A stretch of DNA of 55,357 nt, filler included, from Bipalium vagum (lineage: Eukaryota), in assembly GCA_037834085.1 (NCBI GenBank). It is 3 parts of 3 records of this genome, joined end to end, with 100 filler letters (N's around TTAATTAATTAA, not from the genome) between each part and the next. Parts side by side here need not be neighbours in the genome. Positions count along the whole stretch, not along the records: positions 15,828 to 37,951 come from JBBMKC010226658.1; 2 more parts are not named here. One strand, given 5' to 3'. The notes under the pieces are model-generated. The model made no database searches, was not told where the DNA came from, and saw only the letters and a list, made by a program, of their open reading frames with translations. Shown here piece after piece: positions 22,393 to 34,740 of this stretch. The first letter of the stretch is position 1. Each line of letters begins with the position of its first letter. The translations under genes were made by a program, and so were the position numbers.

Positions 22393-24649
22393 TTTACCCG
22401 AAAGTAGTGAAACCACCATTTTTTTCTTTTATTGTTTTTATTTCACATACGAAGTAGGGCGGTGAAATAAATTGTATTTTCAAATCAAAGACCTCTGAGC
22501 CTAAGAGCGAGATGATTTCTGTAATTAAGCCCTAATAAATAAATTCCAATAAAACTTTAACATCCATCAAGAACGAAGGCTTTATTTTTGTTCAAAAATA
22601 TATTTTGATAATTCAACTCGTTATTTTAGTGAATTTTAAATAATAAAAAGTAACCTTCGCTCCTAATCATCTAGCTTAATAGATATATTTTTTTTTAAAT
22701 AGATATATTTTCTTTGAAATCCATTTAGGCTAAGTATGGAATGAGCTCTCAATTTTAAAACTGCTATATATATGGTCTACGACGGCCAATCAGGATCTTT
22801 TAAAGTTAAGAACTCATTAGCTTCTAATGCTGCCCACTATCATGAAAAATAATCGTCCCAGGTAGCATTAAGTGCCGAAAAATAATTACATCAGGCAGTA
22901 AGCGTGAGTGGGAATAAAAATATCGAGAATAAAATTATGCCCTTCAACATAAAAATTATTATTTATTATTTTTATATTTATATATGATTGTTGTCATGTT
23001 AAAGAAAATTGATTTAATTGTTTAAATTGTTTGAGAAATTGTTAAGTAGGCTTTAAATGCGAATTTGAAGGACACTCTGTTAATGTTGATACAACTATTT
23101 GGTATCCAAGAAAAAAACTTGCTAGAAATATCAATACGGCCATACTAAAATTATTTCTTACGATTTATTTTTCCATTAGATAACATAATGTTAAGATATT
23201 TTATTTTTGTTATCGACACTAATTTTAAAAACTTGGTTAGTTTGACAATAATAAAATAGGAGAAAAAGATTTTTTTTAATTTATTTATTTTCTCTCAAAA
23301 ATTTTAATCCAATAATAATGGATTAAAATTCACTTTGACTAGCTTTATATTATTTCAATTACTTAAATGTTATCTGGAGGCTGTTGTTAGGTCTTTATTT
23401 TTGATTGGGTAATAATTATTGTAAACATAAGACTATTTTAAAGAAATATCAAGTTCATAAGTAATGTATTCTTTTTAATATCCACTTTTCAAATTCATTA
23501 TTAGAACATTATAAATATTCTTAGCGATTTTCACCTCTAAAAATTTGATGGTTCCTTTTTAATTAAGTATTTTTATATATAATTAATATTTATTTTATTT
23601 TATAATTTGTTACAGATATCATTTTTTATTTTCAGCCAAAATTTTATTGGAATATAAAATAGAAAATTCTTCACATAATAAATACTAATCATTGTTATCT
23701 CTATTTAAAAAGTCATTATTTTTCTATTAATTTTTTCTTCCAGTCTATTATTTTACCTATTCCAAGCAGTCAAAAGTAATTACAGAATACTGATTCTTAG
23801 TTAATTCGAATAATTGAACAAACCTCATCAAACAAGATGAACTTAGTGAATAAAAGTGATATCACTCAAGGGAAATTATTTTTCAATTGAGCAAAAGATT
23901 GCTTAGTGACTTAAAGTAACTCACATATTTCTCCAATGTTGCAGTCGGACAGTAGTATCAGCTGCAGAAGCAAAAACCTTGTTTCATAAAACAGAAATAA
24001 TTTAATTATCTAATTCTGTGAGTTTGATGGGGATGTCAGCAACATTTAGGTATAGTGATCCATGTGCAGATGTCATATAAACTGATTGAACAACAAACTG
24101 ATCAATAACCGCTGATGAAAGATGTTTTTTGGAAGTACATTCCCTTCTTATGTTTGCCATCATTATGAATTAGTATGACATTTGATGAGTTATCAATTCT
24201 CTAATTTCTTTTAATATTTTCAAAGATTACTGAGCATTCATTAAATATTTCATTAATCAATGATTATAACAATAATATTGTTGAAGTTTATTGGTTACAT
24301 TATTATTTTTTAATGAAAAATTAATTATTAAACTTTTAAAATAATAAACCAAATATCCCATGTCACTCACTATGTTTGTGAATAGTTTTATAAATAAACC
24401 TATTTTGAATTTCATTGTTTACTTTTTTAATATATTGTAATCTTGAGTTACCTGTTTTTTTAACCAATTAACCTTGCTGTTAACCATGTATCACTATTAC
24501 ATCAGGACACATACACACTATAAATAACAATAATTCCATATAATAAAATAATTAAAAAATATATAGTAATAATAATAATAAATAAAAAATTAAATTAATA
24601 TAATAATATTAGAAAAATTATATAAAATATAAAATTATTATATAAAAAA

Positions 24650-25849
24650 AATGCCATAATCAGGTAAAGGACGATTGGAAAAGTTCACAAATCTGTAAAA
24701 ACTTGTGAGAGAGACCATCCATGTTGATATGGTTCATATCGAAGTAGAGAGAAATAAAATTTCCAATGAACTTCAGAATTATTCATTGAATGACATGTAC
24801 AGCTACAAGCAGGAAAATTTCCGATGAAAAGTTCCAAAAAAGAAATTATAAGAATAATAATTATGTTATGCTGTAATACCAATGGATCTGATAAAAGAAA
24901 GTTAACGGTAACAGAAAAATAAACATCCAAGAGCATTTAAAAACTTTAATAATATTGCTTTTGCATATTATGACTATAATAGTAAAGGCATGGGCAACTC
25001 AAGAAGAATTTACAAATTTTATTTTAAAAAGAAGAAACGAAAAATCATTCTTCTTATTGATAGCGCTCAGCGGCACAAAATAATTCTTCTTGAAACCATT
25101 AAAATACTTTATTTTTCTTCGTATTCAACCGGAACTTTACAACTACTTGATGAAATAATAATCCGTTCATTCAAAGCATAATACAAAACATATTTATTAG
25201 AGAACATAATTTAAATGTACTAAAACGAAGTTCTTATCATGCAACTTTTTAAAAAATAACAATTAAAAATGCCATTATTTTTTCTAAGTTTGTATGGGAT
25301 GATGTAAGAACTTCAATGATAAGAAATTGTTGGTTCTACGCAAAATTAGTATCAAGAAGAATTGAAATTGAAGCAACCCATGGGATTGACATAAATACCA
25401 TAGATGAGTTAATAAATTATCTTATCCCAGCAGATTGGGTTAGGGTTATAGAAATAGCGAAATAATTTTGTAAAAGATCAAGAATCAAAAGATGAAAACG
25501 ACGAAGTTATCGATGATAACTTACAGAGAAGCAAACATGACCAATGAAAAGTTAAGCAGCTTCTTCTATCAGTCAGAAAAATTTGATTCTGAATGCATTA
25601 ATTTGATGAGAAAATTGACAACCAAGGTCAGAAATTTTAAATCAACTCAGAAACAACGAATACTAAATGACTGATTTGTATAAAATTTCATCTGTAAATT
25701 CAAGCACATTTATCAAATTTTTTTTTATTTTATTCAGTTTTTAATTGTGAAATATATTTATATGCCTAAATTATGTAACCGTTTACTCTTATTAACGCCC
25801 TAAGAGTCTCAGTCCCGTTTCTTGGGATTAATTAGAGATCTGGCCGTAC
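24650..25849 (+). mobile_element. pogo/Tigger (DDE_1) transposase pseudogene
   Basis: RIIIMLCCNTNGSDKRKL, PRAFK, YNSKAWAT, RKIILLIDSAQRH, LQLLDEIIIRSFKA*Y, WDDVRTSMIRNCW; pogo-like 3' end near 25813-25849. Confidence 0.9.
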
Positions 25850-26268
25850 TTTTTAGAGCATAAATACATTATTTACACTTATTAAAGTTTAAATAAATTA
25901 TGAACTTATTATTAATATTATTATTATTATTATTATTTAAACTTAAATTAACATTTAATTATTTTTTCTTCAAATTAAATTAATTTAATTTATTAATATA
26001 TTATTATGAATAATTATATTTTTATTATATTTCCCCATTTGAACTGAGGTTACTTGTAACATTTTGGATTTCCCAGTTTTTCTAGTGACATTCTGAATAT
26101 GGATATTTTACAAATAATTCCGAACATATCTTTCACATTTTTCAGAAAAATTCGGCCTCTTTTAGGCAGATAATGTAAACTGAAACAAAAAAGAATTAGA
26201 ATGACACGATTACATTTTTCTAACGATAAACAAATGAATAAAATAAGATGGACAAATTCCCGACTTAC

Positions 26269-26301
26269 CGTTGCGCGTTGCTTAGCAGTTCTATCTATAA
26301 C
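26269..26301 (-). other. Candidate 33-nt micro-exon of an unannotated minus-strand spliced transcript; next exon begins at 26179
   Basis: Minus strand ttttccatag|GTTATAGATAGAACTGCTAAGCAACGCGCAACG|gtaagt, then an 89-nt intron ending ttttttgtttcag|TTTACATT. Confidence 0.45.
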
Positions 26302-27599
26302 CTATGGAAAATTGTCAAATACGACTTTGCTTATAAAAATTAATTAAAAATAAAATAAAATAATTTTCTTTTTAAAAATGCAAATTGATCTAATTTTCTT
26401 AAATTCTCTTAATGAAGTAGTCTTATGACAATAATCAGAGTGAAGTGATACTTATTGATTTATTATCAAAGTTAATTCCAAACTGGGTTCATTCATTCCT
26501 AATTCATCCTTGAGTTTGGATATTATCAGAATAATCTTTCATAAGAGCCTTTGTTGAAATGATATATTCCAAATAATACACTTGAAAACAGTCATTATTC
26601 TCATAAAATAGAACAAAACTTGAAATTTCTTCAGTTTTTTAGAATTACTCTGGATATTTAATCTGAAATAATATTATACTTTTACTTTTATTTTTATTTA
26701 GAATTCTCTGATACATTCTTTTATTCAACTACAAAATTAAAACTTCTAACAATAAGCCTTAGAGATGTTTGAAATTTTAAAGTTGAAAAATTTTATGTAA
26801 GAAAATATAATAAATGAAAATCCATAAAAAATCAAACAAGTATGGTTCATTAATTAATAAAATTAAAAATTTTACGTAAGTAATAAATAATGATAAGATT
26901 ATATATAATATAATAAATTGTAGAGAACAATTAAAAATTCTGGAATTAAAACTCAACTTTTTTATTTTTAAATATTTAATAAAAATATTTAAGACATTTC
27001 ATTATAATTAATAATATTTAATGCATTATTTTTGAAAATTCAGAAATGTTTCCATTGACTTTTTGAAATTTTAAATTCTGTTTTCATTAAAATATTGAGT
27101 GTAGATTATATTTCGAATTTAATGTTTAAATAAATGTTGTTTTTCTCTTACCTTCAATATAATGATAATAATAAAATAAATAAAGATATATATATATATA
27201 TATTGATTTTAAGTTTTTTCCAAACAGTTGTTTTAATAAACAACATTTTACGGTAAATGAACAAGGTAATTTTGTTATCACATTTAAAATAAATAAAACA
27301 ATATAATTTTTCTACTCTCCAAACATAATTACTTTATCTTTATATTTTCTTAATCAAACTAATCAAAAAATTTCAATAATTTTGATTATTTAGATATTTG
27401 TATTAATTGATTTTTAAGTAAAAATTATATTTTGTTTTATATATATTATATAATATAAGTTATCTATTAAAATATATGTTTAAAAAATTACTTTTAAATA
27501 TAATATATAATTTATAATAGATTTAAATATTATATATATATCATTTTTAGTAATAACACTCAATTTCCATTTAATTATCTAAAAATTATGTACAATTTG

Positions 27600-27663
<64 letters not shown>
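27600..27663. repeat. (ATT)n microsatellite
   Basis: Perfect tract of about 21 units. Confidence 0.97.
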
Positions 27664-27664
<1 letters not shown>

Positions 27665-28842
27665 GAATTTATCTTAAAATACTTTGATGAAATGAAATAA
27701 TTGTTATCTAATTATATTTCTTTGATCCTCATTTAAGAAGCACAATAATTGATTTTTTATTATGGTGAGTATAGTATTATTTTAAAAATAAAAAATTATG
27801 TATTATTTTATATAAAAAATAAAATTTTAATTATTAATAATTATTAAAAATATTTTTTTCAACTCCAGTAATAATTTTAATAATGAGGAAAATAATGTCG
27901 ATGTTTTAATACCAGACATTGCTTAACATTTCAGGTACATGATTGCCGTAATTTTATTTATTTTCTTAATACATTGTAAAATAATTTTCTCATTTATGAT
28001 CAATTAATAATAAAAAAAATAATACGATTAACAAAAAACAATAATAAATTAATAAATTTTAACATTGATTAATAACACATTGAAAATTTCCCTGTTTCAA
28101 TATGATTTAAGCCGTCTCCAGTTATTGTCAAAATCGCTTCAAGCTGTAATGCATATTAATAAATCTGGAAACTGTAATCTATGTTCCATAAAAGAATTCT
28201 ATATTTGCCTCGGGTTAATATGTTAAGTAGTTCCTGGAATTAATTTGACGCTGCCATATTTATCATTAACAGCTCATTTCTTTACTGTTATTTATCTCAG
28301 AAAAATCCTTATTTTAAATTAATTAAATTTACCCATTTTTATTTTTTATTATACCTTTCAAAAATTTAAATCAATTTGTTATTGTTATCCTTTAAATCTA
28401 TGTATGTTTGGGAATAAAATGTAGGAATATAACCATAACCATATTGTCAACATACTAAGTATAAATATTAAATTTAAGAATATAATTTTTTGGAATTAAA
28501 TTTAATGAAAAATTTACACAAAATTCTGATTGGTGTTAATCAAAAGGAAAGCATTTATTATTGGTTACAAATGTCGCATGTCTGTTTAATATTAAACCAG
28601 AACTAGAAAAACACATAAATGGCATGGCTACAAACACACAGATATCTTAAAATTATTGGTCTAAGTCTCGCCGATCCAGCAATGGAATAAGCAGATGAAG
28701 AAGACTAACACACGCAAATTCAGCAGCAAATAAGGTGCAATATTGAAATGAACTGATTTTATTTCACTTAAAAGGGACTGCGGGCATTTGCCATCATTAT
28801 CTTGAGCATCTAGAAAATTTTAGCCTGAAGCAACATTACAAC

Positions 28843-29214
28843 ATGGGAGATAGAATAAATTCCATAATTGCACCACAAGAAATCAGTCGACCACTCTATT
28901 CTCATCCTGAACAATATCTTCATCAATCCAACTATCACTCGGATGTGAATATCGAACATGATTCGAGACTGGATGAAACATTCTTCACTTCACGTATTTC
29001 AAATAATACTGTCAATGATGCTGAAACTAATTGTAAAAGTGAAGCCACCAATAATTCAAATGATGATCATTCTTTGATCAATGAGAACACACTGTCTTTG
29101 AATAAGCTGGAAAAGTTTGAGAACATTTCTAGCTATAGAACATCAATTGTCAATAATTTCATATCTTCATTAGGTCAATCAGATTTCAGTCGACCTTGCC
29201 ATTTATTGTGCGAT
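28843..29214 (+). CDS. TFAP2: TFAP2 exon 1 (putative)
   Basis: 124-codon ORF ending LLCD|gtgagg, phase 0, 68-bp intron to exon 2. Confidence 0.7.
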
Positions 29215-32200
29215 GTGAGGATTTTAACTAATCAATATTAATATTCTTAAATTAAAGTAAATAATGATATATTATCTTCCAGGAAAGAAAAATGAGTGCA
29301 TTGGGAATGAATAATTCCACATCCGGTTCATTTGTTTCAAATAGTAGTGGTTTAATCGGAGTAATGTCCAACACTCCTACAGTCAACAGATTCAGTATAG
29401 GTCAACCTCATGCAATTTCGAATAATGAACCCCCATTTTATCCTCCACCGCATAATATCCAGTCAACAATAAACAGTGTCGATTTTGGAACCCATGCAGC
29501 AGCTGCATATGCAGTTCATTATCCAAATCCAATTTTCCATCAGGCATTCGGTTCAACTCATCCCACTCATTATTCGGGATTTCATATGATGTCAGGAAGA
29601 CATCATAATGATGCACTCATAAATGCAGGACATTATGATTTAAGAACTGCGGTTGGAATGACTGATTCTTATTCAACAGGATTGAGAGCGGGTGATTTGT
29701 TAGGAAACTGTACAGGACCGATTGGACTGATGGACGCAAATCATATTGACTCGTCTAACAATACCAATGATTTCCAAAATGTTATTGGTCTTCATAATGC
29801 TAACCAGTTGAGTATGTTAACCGAAGATAGTCATGTGAGTGAAATGAAATTTTAATTATTTTAAAATAAAATAAAGTATTGTTTAATGATGAGTTGAAAA
29901 AAATGTTAATAAATTAATAATATTAATAACCTATTTTAAAAATACTTCAAAACATTTTCAAATATCAAAATTTTCGTGTAACTCATTTAAAAAGAAAATA
30001 TCCCTCTTAATATCTTCACATTAAAAATTAAGGACTACTTATTTTTTAAATTTTTTATTATTATTATTATTTATTGATTATTTTTATTACTTTTTATTTA
30101 TCATATCAAATGACCAAATGATACAAGGCGAATGAAAATNNNNNNNNNNNNNNNNNNNNNNNNNNNNNNNNNNNNNNNNNNNNNNNNNNNNNNNNNNNNN
30201 NNNNNNNNNNNNNNNNNNNNNNNNNNNNNNNNNNNNNNNNNNNNNNNNNNNNNNNNNNNNNNNNNNNGATGACCCAAAACATTTCTCATACTTTGATTAT
30301 TTGATTATAATTATTTTTTTATAATACTATTAAATATTATTATATTAAATTAAAATTTTTTTATTTATCTAAAATAATTTTGTAATGTTATTATGTATTG
30401 ATCTATCCGCATGAGAAAGTCTGGTATATGTAATATGTCAAATCATCAAATGAGTAACCAGTTAAATAAATAAATAAATAAAATAAATTACGTTAATTGT
30501 AGCTGAAAATTATTAGTCGCGTATAAAAAATTGATAACAAAATAAAATAATAGTGATAATAATAGCCGACAAAATATTCCAACATCTGGCTAGAATGGAA
30601 ACACGAGAGAGATTGGGAAACATGTTTATTTGTATTAAATTAGATTTTTAAAAAACAAATTAAACCACACTCATATTTGTGTGGAATAAATTCGAATAGC
30701 AGCTATAGAATTAGTTTGCAAAATCCCCATCCCATGTGCAAACCAAACATTAGTAGCCAGTGCTCCTGACTCGGGGCAATATTTCCCCTGACAGTGGCAC
30801 ATGTGAGTATTGACCTCTTGTATTTTCCAATTATTAAACACATTCGCAACAAAATCTGGGTTTTAAATTGTTTATATTCCGATTCAGAATACGGCGGACG
30901 ATTCCGGATTCATTGGCAACGAGAATCAGGTTGTTTATCGAAAAGGTAATTTTTTTTGAAATCATCGAAAATTCTCTTTATTTCTCTTCTATTACCAAAA
31001 TAAAATGCAAATACACCAAAAATTATTTCGATAATTTTCAGATTTTATTGCATGGAGTTTTTTCCAACGAAACAAAGCCAGCTGCAAATAGATAGATGCA
31101 GGTGTTTCTCTCTAAAACAGAGATAAATTTAGTAAAGAAATCAGTTCCGTAAATAAAAAAATAATGTTTCACACTTTGGAAAAATTTTTCGATTTCTTCA
31201 GATTTTTATTGTTGATTAAAAAATTTACTTTGTAAAAAATTTTTTTAAAAAATTCACGTATTTCCGAATTTTTTATTATTTATGGAAATTGATTTTATTT
31301 TATTAGAGAATATAAATATTGACTTTATCAATTTTTTAAATTTTAATGGTGAAATTTTGAGAATTTTTTATTTTATTTATTTGAAAGAAATATTTTCAAA
31401 ACAATTTTTTTATTTGTCATCAATCAAATGTGTTATTACAATAATTAACCTTCAATACAATACCATTGATAATTAACCTTCAATCGTTTCAGTGATAGAC
31501 TAACAATCGACTTTTCGCAGCACGTCCGACTTTGATTAGTATTTTAGATCTCTATACTTGTGAACTGTTCTTTTGACAACCTCGGAAGAGTGTAAATTTG
31601 GCTTCCATTGAAAGTATAATAAAAAATGACTTTAAATAATATTGATATTATGTTTCAAAATATTGAACCAAATTTTAAGCAATGCTAAAAATATAAATTC
31701 TCAAAAATAAAATATTGATTNNNNNNNNNNNNNNNNNNNNNNNNNNNNNNNNNNNNNNNNNNNNNNNNNNNNNNNNNNNNNNNNNNNNNNNNNNNNNNNN
31801 NNNNNNNNNNNNNNNNNNNNNNNNNNNNNNNNNNNNNNNNNNNNNNNNNNNNNAATAATAGATTTGAAAATAGAAAACAGAAATAACTTTGTTTTAATTA
31901 TTCCTAAGAATTGAAGTATAAAATATAGTTAAGGATAATTCTATTCAGGAAAATATTTATCAAAGCCGAAACTCGATTAAAACCTTAATAAAATTGATTT
32001 CATCACCTTAAGATTGTTCAGTTCTAACCTATTTATTTCCTTAAGTCCTACCATTGAGATCCTGGAAAACAATATCCTTTTTCAGTCGGAAGAAAACTCC
32101 TGAAACTCCTTTTCAGAGTCTTCAAATTCAACACGATTTTCATACAGAACAAATGATTATTAAAAACTTTTATTCATTAATTATCAATTTTTGATATAAA

Positions 32201-34740
32201 AACGTGATTTGAAACGGTTATTTTCTCACTGAGATTTTTTAATTATCAGGAAAAATTTCTCTTTAGGTATTTTTTATCTATAGGAATAAAATTAAAATGT
32301 GAGAGTAAATCGTACAATGGAATTATGAATATTAATGGGGTTCACAAATACTCTGATATGTTCTGCTCAGTTCCTGGTCGGTTGTCCTTACTCAGTTCCA
32401 CGTCGAAATACAAGGTTTCAATTGGTGAAATTCAGCGTCGATTGTCTCCTCCCGAATGTTTGAATGCATCATTGCTTGGCGGCATCTTGAGAAGGTCTGA
32501 TTCTACTTAAACTTTAATGAAAATCCAATTAACTCGTTTTAGAGCTAAATCCAAGAATGGTGGAAGATCTTTGAGAGATAAACTGGACAAAATTGGACTC
32601 AACCTTCCAGCCGGACGAAGAAAAGCTACTGCAGTTACCCTACTCACATCATTAGTAGAAGGTCGGTCTTAATTATCACAGTTGCTTAAACTAAATTTCT
32701 AAAAGTTGAATTTTTTCCGGAAAATTGATTTTATTTTATATTTATTTTTATGATCAATATTTTTAGGAGAGGCCGTAAGACTTGCTAGAGATTTTACCTA
32801 TCTTTGTGAAAATGAATTTCCTTACCGAGCATGTGCCGAATATTTATCCAGAAATATCCAAGACATTCCCCAAGAAACCATGTCCAGAAGACAACAAATT
32901 CTCTGTACAAAGTAGGTTTCCGTTTTGGAGTCCCATCAATATATATTTTGGGAACTTATTCAATTAAGTGAACTGATCTACGGTATAAAATTCAATAAAT
33001 AGTAATTCAAACCCGTACTACTATTATTAACTGCCATAGAAAATCTAATTAGTAAAATACGAATCTGTAGATAAATTATCAATCAAACAACGTTGAAACG
33101 ATGCTGGCCGTACCAAGCAAGTCTCGAAATCTATGGTAATGAGCCCAACATAATTGCCGGTACAACTCTCCTCCGTTTGTGATACCACGAGATTGATTAT
33201 TCCTACTTTAATATATCTGAATATTCGGCGAGGACGAAATCAAATTATTTTCTATAAAGACAAGGAAATATTTTCATGGTTTTATTTTATTTCAATTTCA
33301 AATGAATTTTAATTAAAAATATGACAAACAAAAAGAAAACAAACTAATTCAATTACTGAAATATATGGCCAATATTCAGCAGGAAAAAATAAATGGGGAT
33401 ATTTTCTTCTTTGTCAAACATTTGCTTTGGGTAAGGGATATTTTCTTTTAAATATCAAAAAACAGAAAATTCCCCGTTAGGTTTTCATTTTGATCTTTCT
33501 TTAATGGTGACATTAATTTAAAGCTGTTTTGAAACGAATCAGGAGTGGGAGATGTTTCGTTTTAATAAGATATCAGGTAAAAAAGGGAGAAAATTTTCTA
33601 ATTTTCTTCAAGAAATCAAAAATGAAACAAGGAATTCAATTATTTTATCATTTTGTGGACATTTATACTGTTCGAAATCAATTTCAATCTTATTGATACT
33701 TTTCCAAGTTTTTATTTCCCAAATTTCATATTCAATTGATAGAAATAGAAACTTTGATGGTCGACTCTTTTCACCATCCACTTGTACTTCGTAAAGAAAC
33801 TGATTGATCACCAAATGTCTGTGTTATGTTTCTTGTTGTTTCCACAACATTACGATCAAGTTTGAATTCGCTCAACTAAAATTTATCCAAATTTCTGGTT
33901 TGGAGAGCATTTCTTAAATGGCTAACCAATTTAAATAAATTAATGCATTTAAACAACTGACTATTTGCTTATTATTGTAAAACGCTTTATAAATTTTATT
34001 CTAAAAAATATTGATTTAGAACATGTAAAACTAATAGATAGAAAAACGACTATTATTTTTGCACCAACCTAATAATAATTATCAATAATTGTCAGCAGAA
34101 CATAACTTTAAATAGAAAATGGTATTTAATATCAATAAGTTTGTAGAAAAACTTAAGAAACACATTTAAAGTATTTATTCCAAGGTAAAACTATTCATCT
34201 TTAATCAAATAATTATTAATAAAAATGTAAGACAATTATTTTCTATTTATTTATTATTATGGATATTAATTTATTATTATTTATTAATACCTTAATTAAT
34301 TAATTAATTAATTTAATGAAATATTGATTTATTGGAAATATTATTGTATAATCGTTTTGTTTATTTTTATATATTCATTTGACCCACTATTTTTTTAATA
34401 AGAATAACTTTTTACCCAGTTTTATTTAATAATTAAACTGTGGTCGTTGATTTTCAGATTACTGCTTGCCGAAGTCACTGATTTACTTAATAAAGACCGC
34501 GCTCCATTGTGCAATACTAGACCCCCTATTATTCTTGATTCTGTCATGCAGAGACACTTGACAAATTTCAGTTTGATCACACATGGATTTGGATCGCCAA
34601 CAGTGGTTACAGCAATCAATACTGTTCAAGGAATCCTCAGTGAGATGCTGAAGGGTTTCGAAGCAGATAATGGAACCATTCCTTCACAAAACAAAATTCA
34701 AAACAAGTCTCAAAATATAAATAATAAAGAAGCCAAATAA
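28843..34740 (+). CDS. TFAP2: Transcription factor AP-2 (TFAP2), 7 coding exons, 579 aa
   Basis: join(28843-29214,29283-29834,30888-30945,32284-32494,32543-32661,32767-32911,34458-34740). All introns are GT-AG and phase-compatible, giving 1740 nt. Hallmark sequence [99 protein letters not shown]. Exon 1 is the least certain part. Confidence 0.95.
29283..29834 (+). CDS. TFAP2: TFAP2 exon 2 (activation region with PY-like motif)
   Basis: ccag|[25 protein letters not shown]|gtgagt. Confidence 0.88.
30140..30267. other. Assembly gap (128 N) in TFAP2 intron 2
   Basis: N run. Confidence 0.99.
30888..30945 (+). CDS. TFAP2: TFAP2 exon 3 (58 bp, missed by the ORF track)
   Basis: ttcag|[20 protein letters not shown]|gtaat. 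Phase 0 in and phase 1 out restores the frame. Similar to the short vertebrate exon HVEDPGINIPDQTVIKK-G. Confidence 0.88.
31721..31853. other. Assembly gap (133 N) in TFAP2 intron 3
   Basis: N run. Confidence 0.99.
32284..32494 (+). CDS. TFAP2: TFAP2 exon 4 (basic domain)
   Basis: [45 protein letters not shown]; tag|...ag|gtctga. Confidence 0.96.
32543..32661 (+). CDS. TFAP2: TFAP2 exon 5
   Basis: [39 protein letters not shown]. Confidence 0.96.
32767..32911 (+). CDS. TFAP2: TFAP2 exon 6 (helix-span-helix)
   Basis: [29 protein letters not shown]...RRQQILCTK. Confidence 0.96.
33400..34072 (-). mobile_element. mariner (cecropia/Hsmar1-like) 5' fragment in TFAP2 intron 6
   Basis: TIR TTAGGTTGGTGCAAAAATAATAGTCGTTTT (minus, 34072-34043). 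Minus-strand [20 protein letters not shown] resembles Hsmar1 FKMGRKAAETTRNINNAFG. Confidence 0.8.
34458..34740 (+). CDS. TFAP2: TFAP2 exon 7 (terminal)
   Basis: [43 protein letters not shown]; AATAAA near 34795. Confidence 0.96.

Noticed and set aside
30101-30289. ORF spanning Ns
   Set aside because: Artefact of the assembly gap.
30868-31095. 75-aa ORF as an independent gene
   Set aside because: It overlaps the 58-bp TFAP2 exon 3 in a different frame. ORFs 32782-32967, 29392-29616 and 34422-34619 are likewise off-frame or antisense shadows.
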